Source: Phoronis australis (lineage: Eukaryota; Animalia; Phoronida). From it: DNA of 64,000 nucleotides. Shown here piece by piece: positions 22,616 to 34,965 of the stretch (its first letter is position 1; each line of letters opens with the position of its first letter). The notes under the pieces were generated by a model. The model did not search any database. It saw nothing but the letters and a program-made list of their open reading frames with translations, and had not been told where the DNA came from. The stretch spans positions 248,001-312,000 of the forward strand of contig NMRA01000261.1 of the NCBI GenBank assembly GCA_002633005.1, read 5' to 3'. Position numbers and translations under genes: made by a program.

Positions 22616-25600
22616 AGCAAAGTCCATTTCAACTTTAGCTTTTTGTCCAGGAAGGAGAGAAGTTCAAAAGCTCAATTCAAATAGTCACAACGGCAGACTA
22701 AAAAGCACACCACTACAAATGCTGTTTATAAATCTGGTGGCAACATTGACAAGAAGGAAATTTGATATATTTATGAAGCTCATATGTAACAGAAGGTGGA
22801 ATCTATTTCAATTTGAATAAATAAAATGTTACTTAAGGCTATGATGTAGAAGCCTAGAAAAATTCCAATTTTGGCCAATTTCGAAAAATCTTATCTCAAA
22901 ACTGCCTGATCGAATTCACACAAAACTTTCAGATATTACGCTTTATACAATGTTCTCTGAAATACTGTTAGGAATAGTTCTAAAGTTCCACTCTTGCATG
23001 ATGGGCTATCAAAAATAGGACTTGCATGATTTTTATGAAAAGTTATCAAGTTGCATAAACAAAACGATAATTTAGAAAACTATAACAGCGTTTTTGAGAT
23101 TTTATCTTGAACATTTATATCACATGAAATTTGGTCATGTTATCGGTCCTGTTGTCTTGGTGCAAATGTACTTTTCTTTTTTAAAAAAATCAAGATAAGG
23201 TCACATGACCTTATCAGTGGCAGATTGGTATATAGTCAAAATTCAAATTCCGCAGAATTTTTATCTGAAAATACATGCTTTTGCAGAGTTAAATTCAACA
23301 GTTCTTTAGATATTTGGCTATTAAAATCTACTAACTTCTACTGAGGTCACTGAGTAATTACAGAATGTCAAAACAAATATCGCAGCTACTGAAAAACCAT
23401 TTTCGGTGAGGACACAATTCAACACAACAGCTGTGCATTACTATACCTGCAGTAGGTCAGCTAAAGTCCACCACCACAGTCATGGTGCTAACTTCATCTA
23501 AGCTGGAGAGCTGAAACAAAAGCAGATTTATAGTGACACAATAATAATAACAAGGAAAATATGTAAGAACTACATACTTAGATCAAACTGAGTTTGGCTA
23601 CTTTGTGTTGTAACAGAGGAACATAAAGTGCTACATGTCTGAACATCCAGATTGGTCACGATGTTGAATTCACGTCCTCACTAGCAGTGATAGAAGGCAA
23701 TAGTCAGATATAACATGCATTTATTTTGAGAACCAGTTTGATGCCCATTATTTATTGGAGAAAACTGGTTCTCAGAATTCGGGCATGTTATATCTGACTA
23801 TTACCGTGATAGACAGCAAAGGTCCACTCAATACACGCACTGTAGGTCAAACAAGACCTTTTTTAAAAACCCCAGACATAAGTACTACAGTACTACACTG
23901 CATACTTTTGAAGAAAAATCAGGCCACTACCTTCACAATGAAAAGAAGCAAGTAATGTCAAGTTATCAGTTCTTTGGACATACATGTAGTTTGGTCAAAC
24001 TCTGAGCAATGAACCAATGACGAGATGTTTTTCAATGAAAGCAGCAGAAAATGGTACTACAGTACCTAACTTCCTTGCACTTGATCACGCAGCAGTCAGT
24101 GAGACCACGCAGCAATTACAACAGCAATGTGTTAAGAGACACAACAATAGTCAGAATCACTGCAGCTTGCCAATGATGCTGCTGTTTGACACTGCAGCCT
24201 GAAACAAAAAGTTCCATTAAAATCCATGGCACTCATTTATTTGTGATACAGTATGAAGCAAGACAGTTTGAAGACATCATCAACAATAAAGTAAGACAAA
24301 TGTTTTACAGAGAACGAGTGTTTTCATGACCCTGGTCCTATCACTTCCAAAACTAGATGTCCGTGATACATGACGGCTCCTTCCAGGTTTTTAAAATCAT
24401 CCCCTAAAGAAGGGTTTTATAGAATTTTTCAACGCAAAAAGAAACCTTTTCTAAGGTTTCAACGAAAAATCAAATGCCAATATCACAATTTTATATATCG
24501 TGTTGGTACAGGCATTCCCATATGGTTTAATCATTATCAGATTCAACTTAGGAGCCGAGGCATATGACTTCAGTGACAAGCAGATGAAAAGATGAGCAAT
24601 CCTGTATGTTTTTTCAAGAGTGATGTTTCAGGATTAAGTCTTGACAGTCTTAAGTTGGGCTCAGTGTTTGAGCACGTCCTTTACCCATTTTTACAAACAA
24701 GATTTTCACTAATTATCCAACTGTCAACAAAACTGTAGCCTATTTCTGCATTTCAAGGATGTTCATGAATTTGAACATATTTTCAAAGAATACTTATATC
24801 TGAAAACATACCATTTTTCATGATTTTGGAAACTATCCAATTGCCATCCCATATATCATCAGCGAGAGGAGACCAGGCTCATGCCATGGTATTATGCATC
24901 AACTGGCGTAGCCAACATCCAAACACATCAAGTGAATGATGCGGGTAAAAAGTTGGCAATCCAAGCAAAGTTTCCTTTTTCAGTTAGCTACAACTCTATT
25001 TGCGGTTGTCTAGCAACAAAACTTACATCTAAATCTAGCACGCCCAAGAATACGTAAGTTTTCGCAATTCCAACATTCAAATGATGCCTAGAGAAACATC
25101 TCCTTCATTTCGGACAAAAATAATCGCCAAAATTTGCCTTTTTACATTTTCCACAGGCTAACATTGTTGTGAATACCCAGTTTCTCAAAACATTGTTTGA
25201 TGGTAGCAATGGTATGTGAGTGGAAATTGATAAAAGTTTCTATTTTGTGCCACATACGGTTTATGGAAAAAAAAGGAAAATTTCACTTGTCCGCCATATT
25301 GTTGGGAAAATTGGTGAGATTTTACCATGCCATCCGCTACAGCTGTTAAAACGAAACACCATGTGATCAACGTCATTCTTCATATCACTCTCCCACTTTT
25401 GAAACAAAGAATAAGTCAGGCGTCGATTTCATAACATTACAATATGCTTGCAACATATGCACATGCCATTTGCTTGATTTTTGGCTTGCTAGAAACGGAC
25501 ATCTTTTGAGTGAAAGTGATAATTTTGCTGAAGCAAAATTTGCTGAGAATTTTGGTTGCCTGAGCAATGAAATGCTCAAAACTGCTAATAGAGCAACGTC

Positions 25601-25808
25601 TGGTAATTGTTGAGAACTGCGCGCAAATTTCGAAAAAAAGAGCAATGAATTAAGCTGAAGAATCGACAAAAAACAGAAATTGGCCAAAACATAGAGCTAT
25701 ATTTCAGCATGAGAATAACAGATTAATGGCACTGTTTTCAAGGCATGACATTGTGTCAGATTTTGTTTTACTCACTTTTTACCCAAATCATTCTAGTCTG
25801 TCTATTCA

Positions 25809-26260
25809 TGTTGTATCATGTGACTTAAGCGGGTGTGACGTACAATGGAATAAAGCCTCTCTAAATAAATTAGTGGTCATTCGATTAGACCAATGGTTTG
25901 GGCACTTGGCTCTCCGTCACACGCCAGCTTGGTGCCCAATTATGGCAAAACCCACGGAACCCCAAGACATGTGTCAGGCTTACAAGCAGTGGGTGAAGTG
26001 GGTGCCAGCCTGATGGTGGACGGTCCAGAACACTGAGAATGAGTGTTACTAGAGATTTCATAGTAGACAGGAGCACCTGTTCTGTGGAAGGGGAAAGGGT
26101 GTTGTATATCACGTGACTTCTCAGGTGTGGGATACAATCGAATAAAGGCTCTCCAAATCGCTTGCTAGTTGGCAATTGTCTTTTGGCGGAATGGTTTGGA
26201 CGCTTAGTTCACACGCCCGACAGCCCCGACACGGATCGAATCTCGGCGGGCACAGGCACA
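25809..26260 (+). mobile_element. TRIM-like miniature LTR retrotransposon: LTR1 25809-25969, internal segment with PBS-like and PPT, LTR2 26100-~26260 containing a tRNA-like segment
   Basis: Both repeats start TGTTGTAT and share CA(T/C)GTGACTT…TACAAT.GAATAAAG.CTCT, ATGGTTTGG and TCACACGCC. The purine tract GGAAGGGGAAAGGG (26086-26099) abuts LTR2. TGTGTCAGG follows LTR1. The LTRs are diverged and there is no clear TSD. Confidence 0.6.
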
Positions 26261-26370
26261 GCCACGGCCAAGTTGCATTGGGGGCCTATCGAAAAATACA
26301 TTTTTCAACAGTGGTATCAAATTCGTCAGCAGTTTGACCATCAAGTTACTTAAACCACGAGTCATTATAC

Positions 26371-26572
26371 CTGAAAAGACCCCTGAAAACTCCTTTGTTT
26401 CTCAATATCCAATGTCCTTAAAAATCTATTCATTTGTTCAATTCCAACGACCTCTACCCTTACAACATTTCAAGTCCACCGCCTGTGTGATACGTCACAC
26501 AAACTCGTGTTGTTGTGACGTATTTAACAAGACCGTCGGTAAAGACGGAACAATTTTTTTCAGAATAAAGCG
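26371..26572. promoter_or_regulatory. Candidate bidirectional promoter and first non-coding exons for SLX4 (-) and SIAH1 (+)
   Basis: Plus-strand donor GCG|GTAAGT at 26573 and minus-strand donor CAG|GTATAA at 26370. Two CRE-like sites (TACGTCA, TGACGTA) lie between them. Both genes need an upstream non-coding exon. Confidence 0.45.
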
Positions 26573-27338
26573 GTAAGTATTTGCTATTTCGCCCTTTTGT
26601 TGACTTTTAGAGAGTCATGTCTTTCAAATTATGGCATTCTATAGCACTAAAAGAATATTTTAATTCTGTATTTATTGTAGTCCCGTGTAGTTTCATGTTT
26701 AATTAAGGGTCTGTTGGTCTTCGACTCGAGAAAGACCAAACAAAGTCAGTCACCCAGCTTCGCGTGACTCACTGAAGTCTATTCGAGTAGGCTACTTTAG
26801 CAGTTTAAGAAACATGTCAGCCTAGTTGGTTTCTGTTTTCAAACGGACAACACTCTGAGGGCATTGCCTAACACCCACGTTACTTTATGATTTTGATAAT
26901 CTGAATCTCTGAGTGTAATCTATTGTCTACTTGCAACAGTTTATTCCCAATCCATGAATCCCTTAATGCGTTAATGGCTAAATGGCTTTCTGTGTACACA
27001 TAGTGGAAGGATATTTCCGGTTTTGTCATTTGTTCTAGGTAAGGGTTCCGACCAAGTTTCTTGCGAGAACATCAAGATCTTGTGAGTTCTCACGAACTCA
27101 TTCAAATGAAAGATGAGGGTTTCATGAATGTTGCGGATTTCCTGTTTTGGAAGTGATGTACTGTTGTATAGAGCCTCTCTAAATGGCTTGCCAATTGGCA
27201 GCTGCCTCTTGGCCGAACAGTTTGGACACTTGAGTTTGATACCTGCCGTCAGCGTGTGCAATTTTTGCCACGAGAATGCTCTGTAGCTTAGTGCCAGTAT
27301 TCTAGCCCAGCAGAATGGTGGCCACTCACGATATATTT

Positions 27339-27512
27339 GATTGGTTTGTAAGGTTGGAGCTGATTAGGTGGTAAGGTTGGAGTTGATTGGTTGGTAAGGT
27401 TGGAGTTGATTGGTTTGCAAGGTTGGAGTTGATTGGTTTGTAAGGTTGGAGTTGATTAGTTGGTAAGGTTGGGGTTGATTAGTTGGTAAGGTTGGGGTTG
27501 ATTGGTTTGTGG
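27339..27512. repeat. 23-bp minisatellite (TGATTGGTTTGTAAGGTTGGAGT), about 7.5 copies
   Basis: Directly visible tandem units. Confidence 0.92.
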
Positions 27513-27619
27513 GATTGAATTCATTCCTTCCGTTCTATAAACGAAGATTTTTCGTCGTGATGAGAAGCTAGTAAAGTAAATGTTTTGAGGTCTATGAAAT
27601 GCAGGTGCTGGCACATCCT

Positions 27620-27910
27620 AATAAGCGATGTACTAGTATGCCAGAAAATTTTGTTCAAAATAACACTTCATCTTGTCTATACCACCAAGGTCACATACCT
27701 TTCGAACATGTGGGGGACACCTTTGGAGGACCTAGATGTAATTAAATCATTCCAATATTTTTTTCCAAATAGTCCTTCATTCCGTCAACAATTTTGAAGA
27801 CTGAACACCATTACATTCAATGTGCTCGAGGTCAGACGGAAAATATACATAGAGTTATAGTAGGTTACCCATCTGCCAGCCACACCAAGAGGAGGCAGCA
27901 CAGTCTGGGG
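27620..27910. repeat. Dispersed repeat fragment, with a related copy in opposite orientation at about 49715-50030
   Basis: GCCAGCCACACCAAGAGGAGGCAGCA (about 27876-27902) matches the reverse complement of TGCTGCCTCCTGTTGGTGTGACTGG (about 49724-49748). Flanking similarity continues. Confidence 0.6.
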
Positions 27911-28989
27911 ACCTCTATGAACTCAACTGCTCATCAGTCAGCGGACAAGTGCATATAAGCCTGGGAAAGTTTTTGATGTTGACTACTAGTAGAGACATGA
28001 AAAAATATTCTTGTTTTGAAGTGTAGTGGTGGCTTAGGAAACAGAAAAAATTGCCAGCCGAACCATGGAGTTGGCCAGGAATATCATTATTGGTAGTGTC
28101 CTACAGAAGGCAAGCGGCCAAGTGTCAATTATGCTAGCTGTGGACATCTGTGATGGGTTGGCCACAGAACTGTTGTCTTTCATTTGGGTAAGCCACTTCA
28201 GTATTGGGAACGAGCCTAGCTTCACTGATTGCAAGTCTTATCGCCAAGTTTGATGACCGCTGCCCAGTTGTTTTGCTCTTTCAGGAATTATTTCGGGGCT
28301 GGGTATTTTGACTTTGCTGACTTTGTGATTTCTAGTATCTTCTCGGAAGGGTTAAATGTTAGAAGTGACAACTACGTTGAAAGACTGGTGTTTGTTACAT
28401 CCTGATTATGTATCAATGTAATTATATGCATGCCCACGGAATACCTATGATTCTTGTATTTTCAGCTAGTTCTCATATGAGCCAATTAAAGATGCAAATT
28501 GCTTACTTCTAGAATATTCTGTATTGCATTGTTGAAACTATATGGTAATGCTATTTATTGAATTGATTTATTGTGTGTTCTCTTGCTTCTGCTCCACACG
28601 TGTGCAGCTGCTAATGCTGCTTTTCTCCTTTATTCGTTATGATAACCTCCGTGAATCAAATATGGTTGTGGCCTGCCAAATTAGACGGGGTCTAGAAATT
28701 GAATATAGGGAACAGCATTTAATTCGGAAGTGTTTTTGTGAAGTAAATTGCTTTGTTTCATCCGTAAGATTTTTGATAACTTTGACGCATTAGTAAATTC
28801 AACTTTGTGGTGTCGTTTAAACACTATTTTCTACTTGGCCCATGTGCCAATGTCTTGCTTGTTTTACGGTACTTTAAAGATTTCCACTAGTGTATCTCAT
28901 GAGAAACAACAATGTATTGAGAAAAATCCATGCCATCAACTCATTTAACTATGTTCTTACATTAAAATATTAAATTTCCAATACATGTA

Positions 28990-30469
28990 CCGTATTCACC
29001 CTAATAAGCACCCTTGCCCTATAAGCACCCCAACGCGTTTTCAGATTGGCTAAAATAAGCGCCCAGTCCATGAATTCCGTGCAAATGCCAAAAATGCCTT
29101 ACCTACAGTTCTAAAATTCTACAGTAACGTCTTCAATTTATCAATAAGATCCGACAGCCCTGAAAAAATCATTGTGCGCGGAATTTGTAGATCACGATCC
29201 TCGCCTGCTATGTCGGTATTTAGCTGTGAGTGTACATTTCAAACTTCCACCGCGCTTCAAAAAGAACGCAAGTTTTACTGATCTTGCGAGGGGCATGTCC
29301 TATTATGGTTTGTCCTTTCAGAACAGACGCAGCGTACTTGTCAAAGGGATTGTATTGTATCTTTCCCGTACAGATCTTCTCCCTCAACAGGAAGCCAAAT
29401 CTCTTTGTACGTGTGAAAACCGCGAATCGAAGACGAATAAAAACTTGACCTTTGTTCAGTTAAAAGCACATGGCTAGGAAGCGCATGCTACATTCAAGAA
29501 TCTGTCACCGAAGATTAGTCTTTGGGAAATATCTATTCATGAAACGGGTAGCATAGCATCAGCAAGACATAAATACTGGCACTTATTTCAGAAAGTTTCT
29601 AATCCCGTAAAAAGCGTTTGCATTATTTTTAAGGGGGAATTAGTAATTGGTGTTTTTAAAGTCAAAATGACCCACTGATAATGAACACTTCCGCACCCTT
29701 GCACCCCCGGAATCTCCGGAAAAATAACTGTTAGACTGTCACGCATCCAGTCACCCAGCTACTCAATGACATCGGCCTTACCGAGACGATGCTCGAACGT
29801 TTTTTAGCAGATGAGATCAACAAGTGCTAAATAAAACATGTTATGCTTTACTGCATGTGTTAATTTCCTTAGTTACAATGCACACCAAGATCATTACATC
29901 GCGTTTACTCTTGCAAATGAAGTCTGATGACACGCACGCGCTCGCTCTCACACAATACGCAGACTAACTTTAAAACGAACATCACGTGACAACAACATAA
30001 TGTGTTTGTCCAGAGATTTTTCTTGTGTTGCAGAGTACGATCTAGCACAGGTTTGGACTTAATATACAGTTAATCCTGACTCCACAGGAACTTAAAAATC
30101 TTAGGGACGCTATTTTGAAAACTTAAGGCGGACTTCAGGTAATTTGTTGAGTCAAAACTATATTTTTACTCACGACAAGTTGACCTATCGCCGACCGCGA
30201 GGCAGTGACACATCAGTCGGCGAGTTTTCGCACTTGGCTTTTCTGAAAAATGCTCGTAATTTTACAACAAGGTTTGATAGCAATGCACTGCAATTTTGTA
30301 GAAACTCTCATAGGTTACTTGTGCGTCACAGAGTAAATTTGATAAATTCTAGCTTACGATTTCACCTGTTTCGGAGACCAGGTTTCAACCACTTTTGGGC
30401 TATAATAAGCGCCCCCTTCCTGAAGCGAATTTTTCTAAGTGCCCTGGGCGCTTATTAGGGCGAATATGG
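28990..30469. mobile_element. Non-autonomous Tc1/mariner-superfamily (Tc2/pogo-like) element, about 1.48 kb, TA TSD
   Basis: TA|CCGTATTCACCCTAATAAGCACCC … GGGCGCTTATTAGGGCGAATATGG|TA. No transposase ORF. A (TA)n tract follows. Confidence 0.8.
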
Positions 30470-30507
<38 letters not shown>

Positions 30508-30516
30508 CATATATAT
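30470..30516. repeat. (TA)n microsatellite at the transposon end
   Basis: Directly visible. Confidence 0.9.
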
Positions 30517-31740
30517 TAAATTCTCACACCTTTTTTTCATTATTACTGTACGTAGTATAATTCTGTTTGTGAACCATATACTGTACATTTGAACATTGAG
30601 AAGAGTATTCTGTGATCTATATACAATAGGTGTTTTAAAGTCTTGATTGTATTTTGGGCAGCATCAAGGCTGATCACTGTTCCCAGGTTCATTTCACAAG
30701 ACTACGGTATTGCAGTGCTGTTAGTCAACTGTTGTGTATGCTTGCAGATTGCAAGCTAAAGTAAACAGACTGAACTGAAAACCTTTAAATAAATGTATGA
30801 TGAACTTGTAACAACTCTAGGCATGAATGTAGTGTGCGGGGAGAAATACAAACTGATGTTGGCAGCCCACAGAACTGCTGACTGAACAAAAATTTCTCAA
30901 CATAGTAATATAAAATGTGTGTATTCACTGCACTTTAGTGAAGATGGACTAAGTTTTTGCAGAGTTTTATTTAGTTCTGCTAGAAGAGTATTAGACTGCG
31001 ACCATGTGGGTTACAGATTCAATTCCACGCCGAGGCTGACCTCAGACCACTTCTTACCAATGATGTCACTCTAAAGTTTGCTATTACACAACCAAACCCA
31101 AGCCACTGATTTTTACAAGTAAATTGAAATCGTAAAAACTAATCCTGCTTCTTTACAAGCAGCTTCAAAATGTTCAGGGGCTTTTATGATTTTCACGAAA
31201 ATGAATCAAAAAGTTACACAAAAAAGAAAAAGTAATAAATTCAAATTAATGATTTAAATAACTGTAACAGCATTTTCGAAATTACAGTTTCAATATTTAT
31301 GTCAAACGAACTTTGGTCATGTTATTGATACCATTTTGCTATGAATGTATCTTTCTTTTTTTGCTAAATTTTACTAAAACGACTTGGTCAGGTGACCCAT
31401 TTAACAGCAGATTGGTAGTACCCCGTAAGTAAAAATCCAACTCTACTTTTAGAAGATAATTATTATATACTTTTACTAAGTTAGCCTATAGTTTTCCACA
31501 TATTTGCGTAAATACCCAGACTTGTGGATAAGGTTCCTCATAACTTTAAGGCAAGAACTGTCATAGAGCTCAATATTGGCTAAATCATGGCCCAAGATGG
31601 GAGCTAAAAACAGTACCAGTCTTCATTGAGCCTCAGTGCCACTGTTGTGAAATAATGTTAGGAAGCCTTTCTCAGCATTGCTGCTCCTACAGTGATATCA
31701 AAAGGTTCAGTGTTGCTATTGGCAACAGAAACCTTAACCA

Positions 31741-32657
31741 ACACAACCAAGGTTCTAAATAGTCTTCACTGGAGCAAGCTAGCAACCCATAGTAAACTCC
31801 ACCTTTCCATGTATACATTCAAAGTCTTAACCAACATAAACAAATACTCTAACAAAATCCTACAAAAGACCAAGCACGAGACCAGGACTCCGCAAAGCAA
31901 TATGCATACTATTCCAGCCTCCATCAGCCAAGCCTTCAGAAGATCAACGATATTAACTTGTATTGACAACTGGAATTCCTTACCATTCAAAATAAAAGAA
32001 AGCACTTCAATCGTCACTCTCAAAAATAACTTTAAAATGCATACCACTACTCCAGACTTGCCAGTCCCATTGACATCATTCCAACTTCCCCGCAACCATG
32101 AAATAACCCTATACAGATCAAGATGCGGTCTATTCCTAAACAAAGAGAAATTAAGACATAATTTTAATAATATTTCGCCTCTGTGTTCCTGGGGAGATAC
32201 CCAGACATATCCTCATGTTTTCTTTGCTTGTAAGATATGCAAGGAGGAGAGGGTACAGCTCTTCCAGGCACTCGAACAATACCCCAATGTTTACAAAAAA
32301 TATTCTGAAATTCCGCAATTGTACAACAAAATTAATTTCTTTCTATATGGATGTCAAGAACTTAACTCAAACGAAAATAAGGTTTTATTGAAATAGTATC
32401 AGAATTTCTTTATAACATTAAATCTCTTTGTGTGAGTGGATAGAATTTTATACATCTGTATGAAAATGAAATATTTTCATTCGTTGTCATATATCATTGT
32501 ATTCTTAACATCAGTTTTTTTATTTATGTATTCGTATATAATAATTGTATATAGACTTCTTTGTATTTTTTTACCCAAATCTGATGCCTCTTGGCGCTTT
32601 CTGGGTTATGTATATTCATTGTATTCTGAAGATTTCGTAATAAACATTAAAAAAAAC
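31741..32657 (+). mobile_element. 5'-truncated LINE (CR1/L2-group ORF2 C-terminus, 3' UTR and A-tail) in the SIAH1 upstream intron
   Basis: ORF 31692..32396 has typical post-RT motifs (LHWSKL, FRRS…WNSLP..IKES.S…KN, SPLCSWG…HVFFAC…R, FFLYG). AATAAA and an A-run are at 32639-32656. TSD CCTTAACCA is at 31732-31740 and 32658-32666. Confidence 0.85.
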
Positions 32658-33312
32658 CCTTAACCATAATAGGCTACTTTGGATGTGCTTTGTGTCCTAG
32701 CATTCAGATACATTCTTGCAGAAATCAAAAAAAAATCAAAGTTAGCTCAAGGTATATAAGTCAGGTACTATGAGCATTATGATTGTGCATGCCAATTTTT
32801 TTGATTTTAGTCATTACACCATGAAATGTGACATGAGACTGGCAAAAAACCTTTGACATTTTTATTGATCACATAACTTGGTTGACATGACCACACATGA
32901 TGGTGATGTTAGTCATTTTCCTATATGGTACCGCTGATGTAATGGAATTATAGAATTTTACAAGTTACGGTGTTTAGTACATACTGAAACACGAGTTTGG
33001 CATACAAAAACATTCAAGCTCCAAATGGTTGTAAGGATGCAAATATCACATGTTTAAAAGGCTCTATCAGGATAACTGGTAAAACTGAAAACACAATGGA
33101 CGTTATCGCGATATAAGGCATCACACTATGTTGTCATGAAATTTGGCCAGTTGGAACTTAGGCTCAAGCTCATTTCGAATCTCTAATCAAATTGATGCTT
33201 AGGGATACGATAAAGTGTTCTTAGTCCATTCCACGCTTGGGTGAAACAGTTAAAAAAGATGCTTTGTTTTCACTTAATCATTCTTATTTTATTTCAGTTG
33301 TGATCTGTGGGA

Positions 33313-33364
33313 ATGAGCAACAAAGGCCGTATAGTGACTACTGCTGCTACAGCCATCCCAGCTG
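33313..33364 (+). CDS. SIAH1: SIAH1/sina coding exon 1 (MSNKGRIVTTAATAIPA); exon starts at 33298
   Basis: Acceptor tattttatttcag| at 33297. The phase-1 donor G|gtgggt fits the next exon. The peptide resembles the SIAH1 N-terminus (TATALP). Confidence 0.7.
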
Positions 33365-33630
33365 GTGGGTATGATAGGGTAGGGTATGATGGCTGGGTAT
33401 GATAGGGTAGGGTATGATGGGTGCGTGTGATGGGCTAGAGTTCGATGGAGCAGGATGGGATGTGGGGGGCAGAGCATGACGAGGCAGGGTGTGTTGGTGC
33501 AGAGTGTGACGGGGGAGGGTACGACGGGGTAGGATGTGACGTTGCAGGTTTTGACGCGGGAGGGTATGACCGGGCAGGGCATGATGAGGCAGGGTGTGAT
33601 GGTGTGGCGGGGCATGGGAGACTGGGCTTG
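33365..33630. repeat. G-rich pentamer-like low-complexity repeat (GGGTA/TGAC-type)
   Basis: Directly visible. It produces spurious P/H-rich ORFs on both strands. Confidence 0.75.
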
Positions 33631-34800
33631 AGGCAACCAGACAGCCATTACAAAGTAAAAGTACCATATAAGGTTTGTCTAGACTTCAAAAGTCCAAGAC
33701 TTTGTTGCAATGAAAAGTTGCAGCTGCTCTAGTCTCATTAGCACTTAATGTGGCCAGGGTGCAACTTATATTCTGTTGTTCCATTCTTAACTCATGTTAG
33801 TCTCGGGTAGACGAACTAACTTGTCTACTTCCATACTTAAATAACTTGACAAATTATTGAAAAGGTGATTTTGTGCATATTTTTGTTAAACTTTCCTCTT
33901 TCTCCATAGCAACAGTGTTGTTAGTTTACTGAGTTCCTCTTGCGTCATCTGTTCACTCTGAATTTTTCTCTCGCTTTATCTGTTCATTCATCCAGAAGTT
34001 GTCTGTAATGAATTGTGGATTAGAATTTCCATGGTGTGAAGATACAAGGAAGGGGAGTACAGGATATCAGATAAGGTGATGACTGACAAACATGGGCAAA
34101 GTTGGTGACCACCAGGGGGCAAGGCAGATTGACAAAAATGTTTCTTTCATGCAAATATGCCACTCAGCCTCCCTATAATTTTTATCTTCTGATGGACTTG
34201 TATGAATTTTTGGATTTTGAAGTGGTACAAGTTTATGACCAGGTTAGCCCTAATAACGCAGTAGGTGTTTGTTCATTGGGATGTAAACTGCCTGCTGTGA
34301 ATGCTGTCAAGTGAATGGATTACAGTTATCATATTATAAATGCGTATCTGTACTTACTATTTCTCGTGAATTCATTTTAATCGATAGCATTCCTTCATTG
34401 GCAAAGATATCTAATTCCTAGTTGTAGTATGTTTCTTCGACAGTGTGTTACATATATCTAGATTCATCTATTGATCTTATTACCACGGTCCGAGATATAT
34501 ACTCTAACTTCATTATAAATAATTTAGTAAGTGCTGTTATGCAGTGTGTTGAGAGGTGTTAAATTATGTATGGACACTGTAACTAAATGTAGCATTAATT
34601 TTAACCTGAAGAAAGTTCTTTACTCCGACCAGCTAACGGTCAGTATTCTCCGTTGGTTGTTTTTGTGAGATGTTTATAGAGTAAGTGTTTAATAAAATAT
34701 AGGATAAAACCAAATGTCAGTTCTGACTCTTTAAGTGTTAACTGTTGAAACTGTCTCATAGGTGGCGCAGTCGTTCATGCATATCTATTGTTTGTTTCAG

Positions 34801-34965
34801 CTCTAGCTGTTGGTAGCAGTAACAGTGAGCTTGCTGCACTCTTTGAGTGCCCCGTATGTTTTGACTATGCCCTTCCTCCCATCATGCAATGTCAGAGTGG
34901 TCACATTGTCTGCTCAAGTTGTCGTCCTAAGCTACAATGCTGTCCAACATGTCGCGGCAGTTTAG
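34801..34965 (+). CDS. SIAH1: SIAH1 coding exon 2 (RING finger)
   Basis: [48 protein letters not shown], with AG/GT boundaries. Confidence 0.96.

Noticed and set aside
26175-26256. Functional tRNA-Val gene
   Set aside because: The stems do not pair properly, the B-box is degenerate and there is no T-run terminator. It is better explained as tRNA-derived LTR sequence.
31692-32396. 234-aa ORF as a host gene
   Set aside because: It matches a LINE ORF2 C-terminus, has no true ATG start, and is bounded by a TSD and an A-tail.
33289-33732. Pro/His-rich and Gly-rich ORFs on both strands
   Set aside because: They are translations of a G-rich low-complexity intronic repeat.
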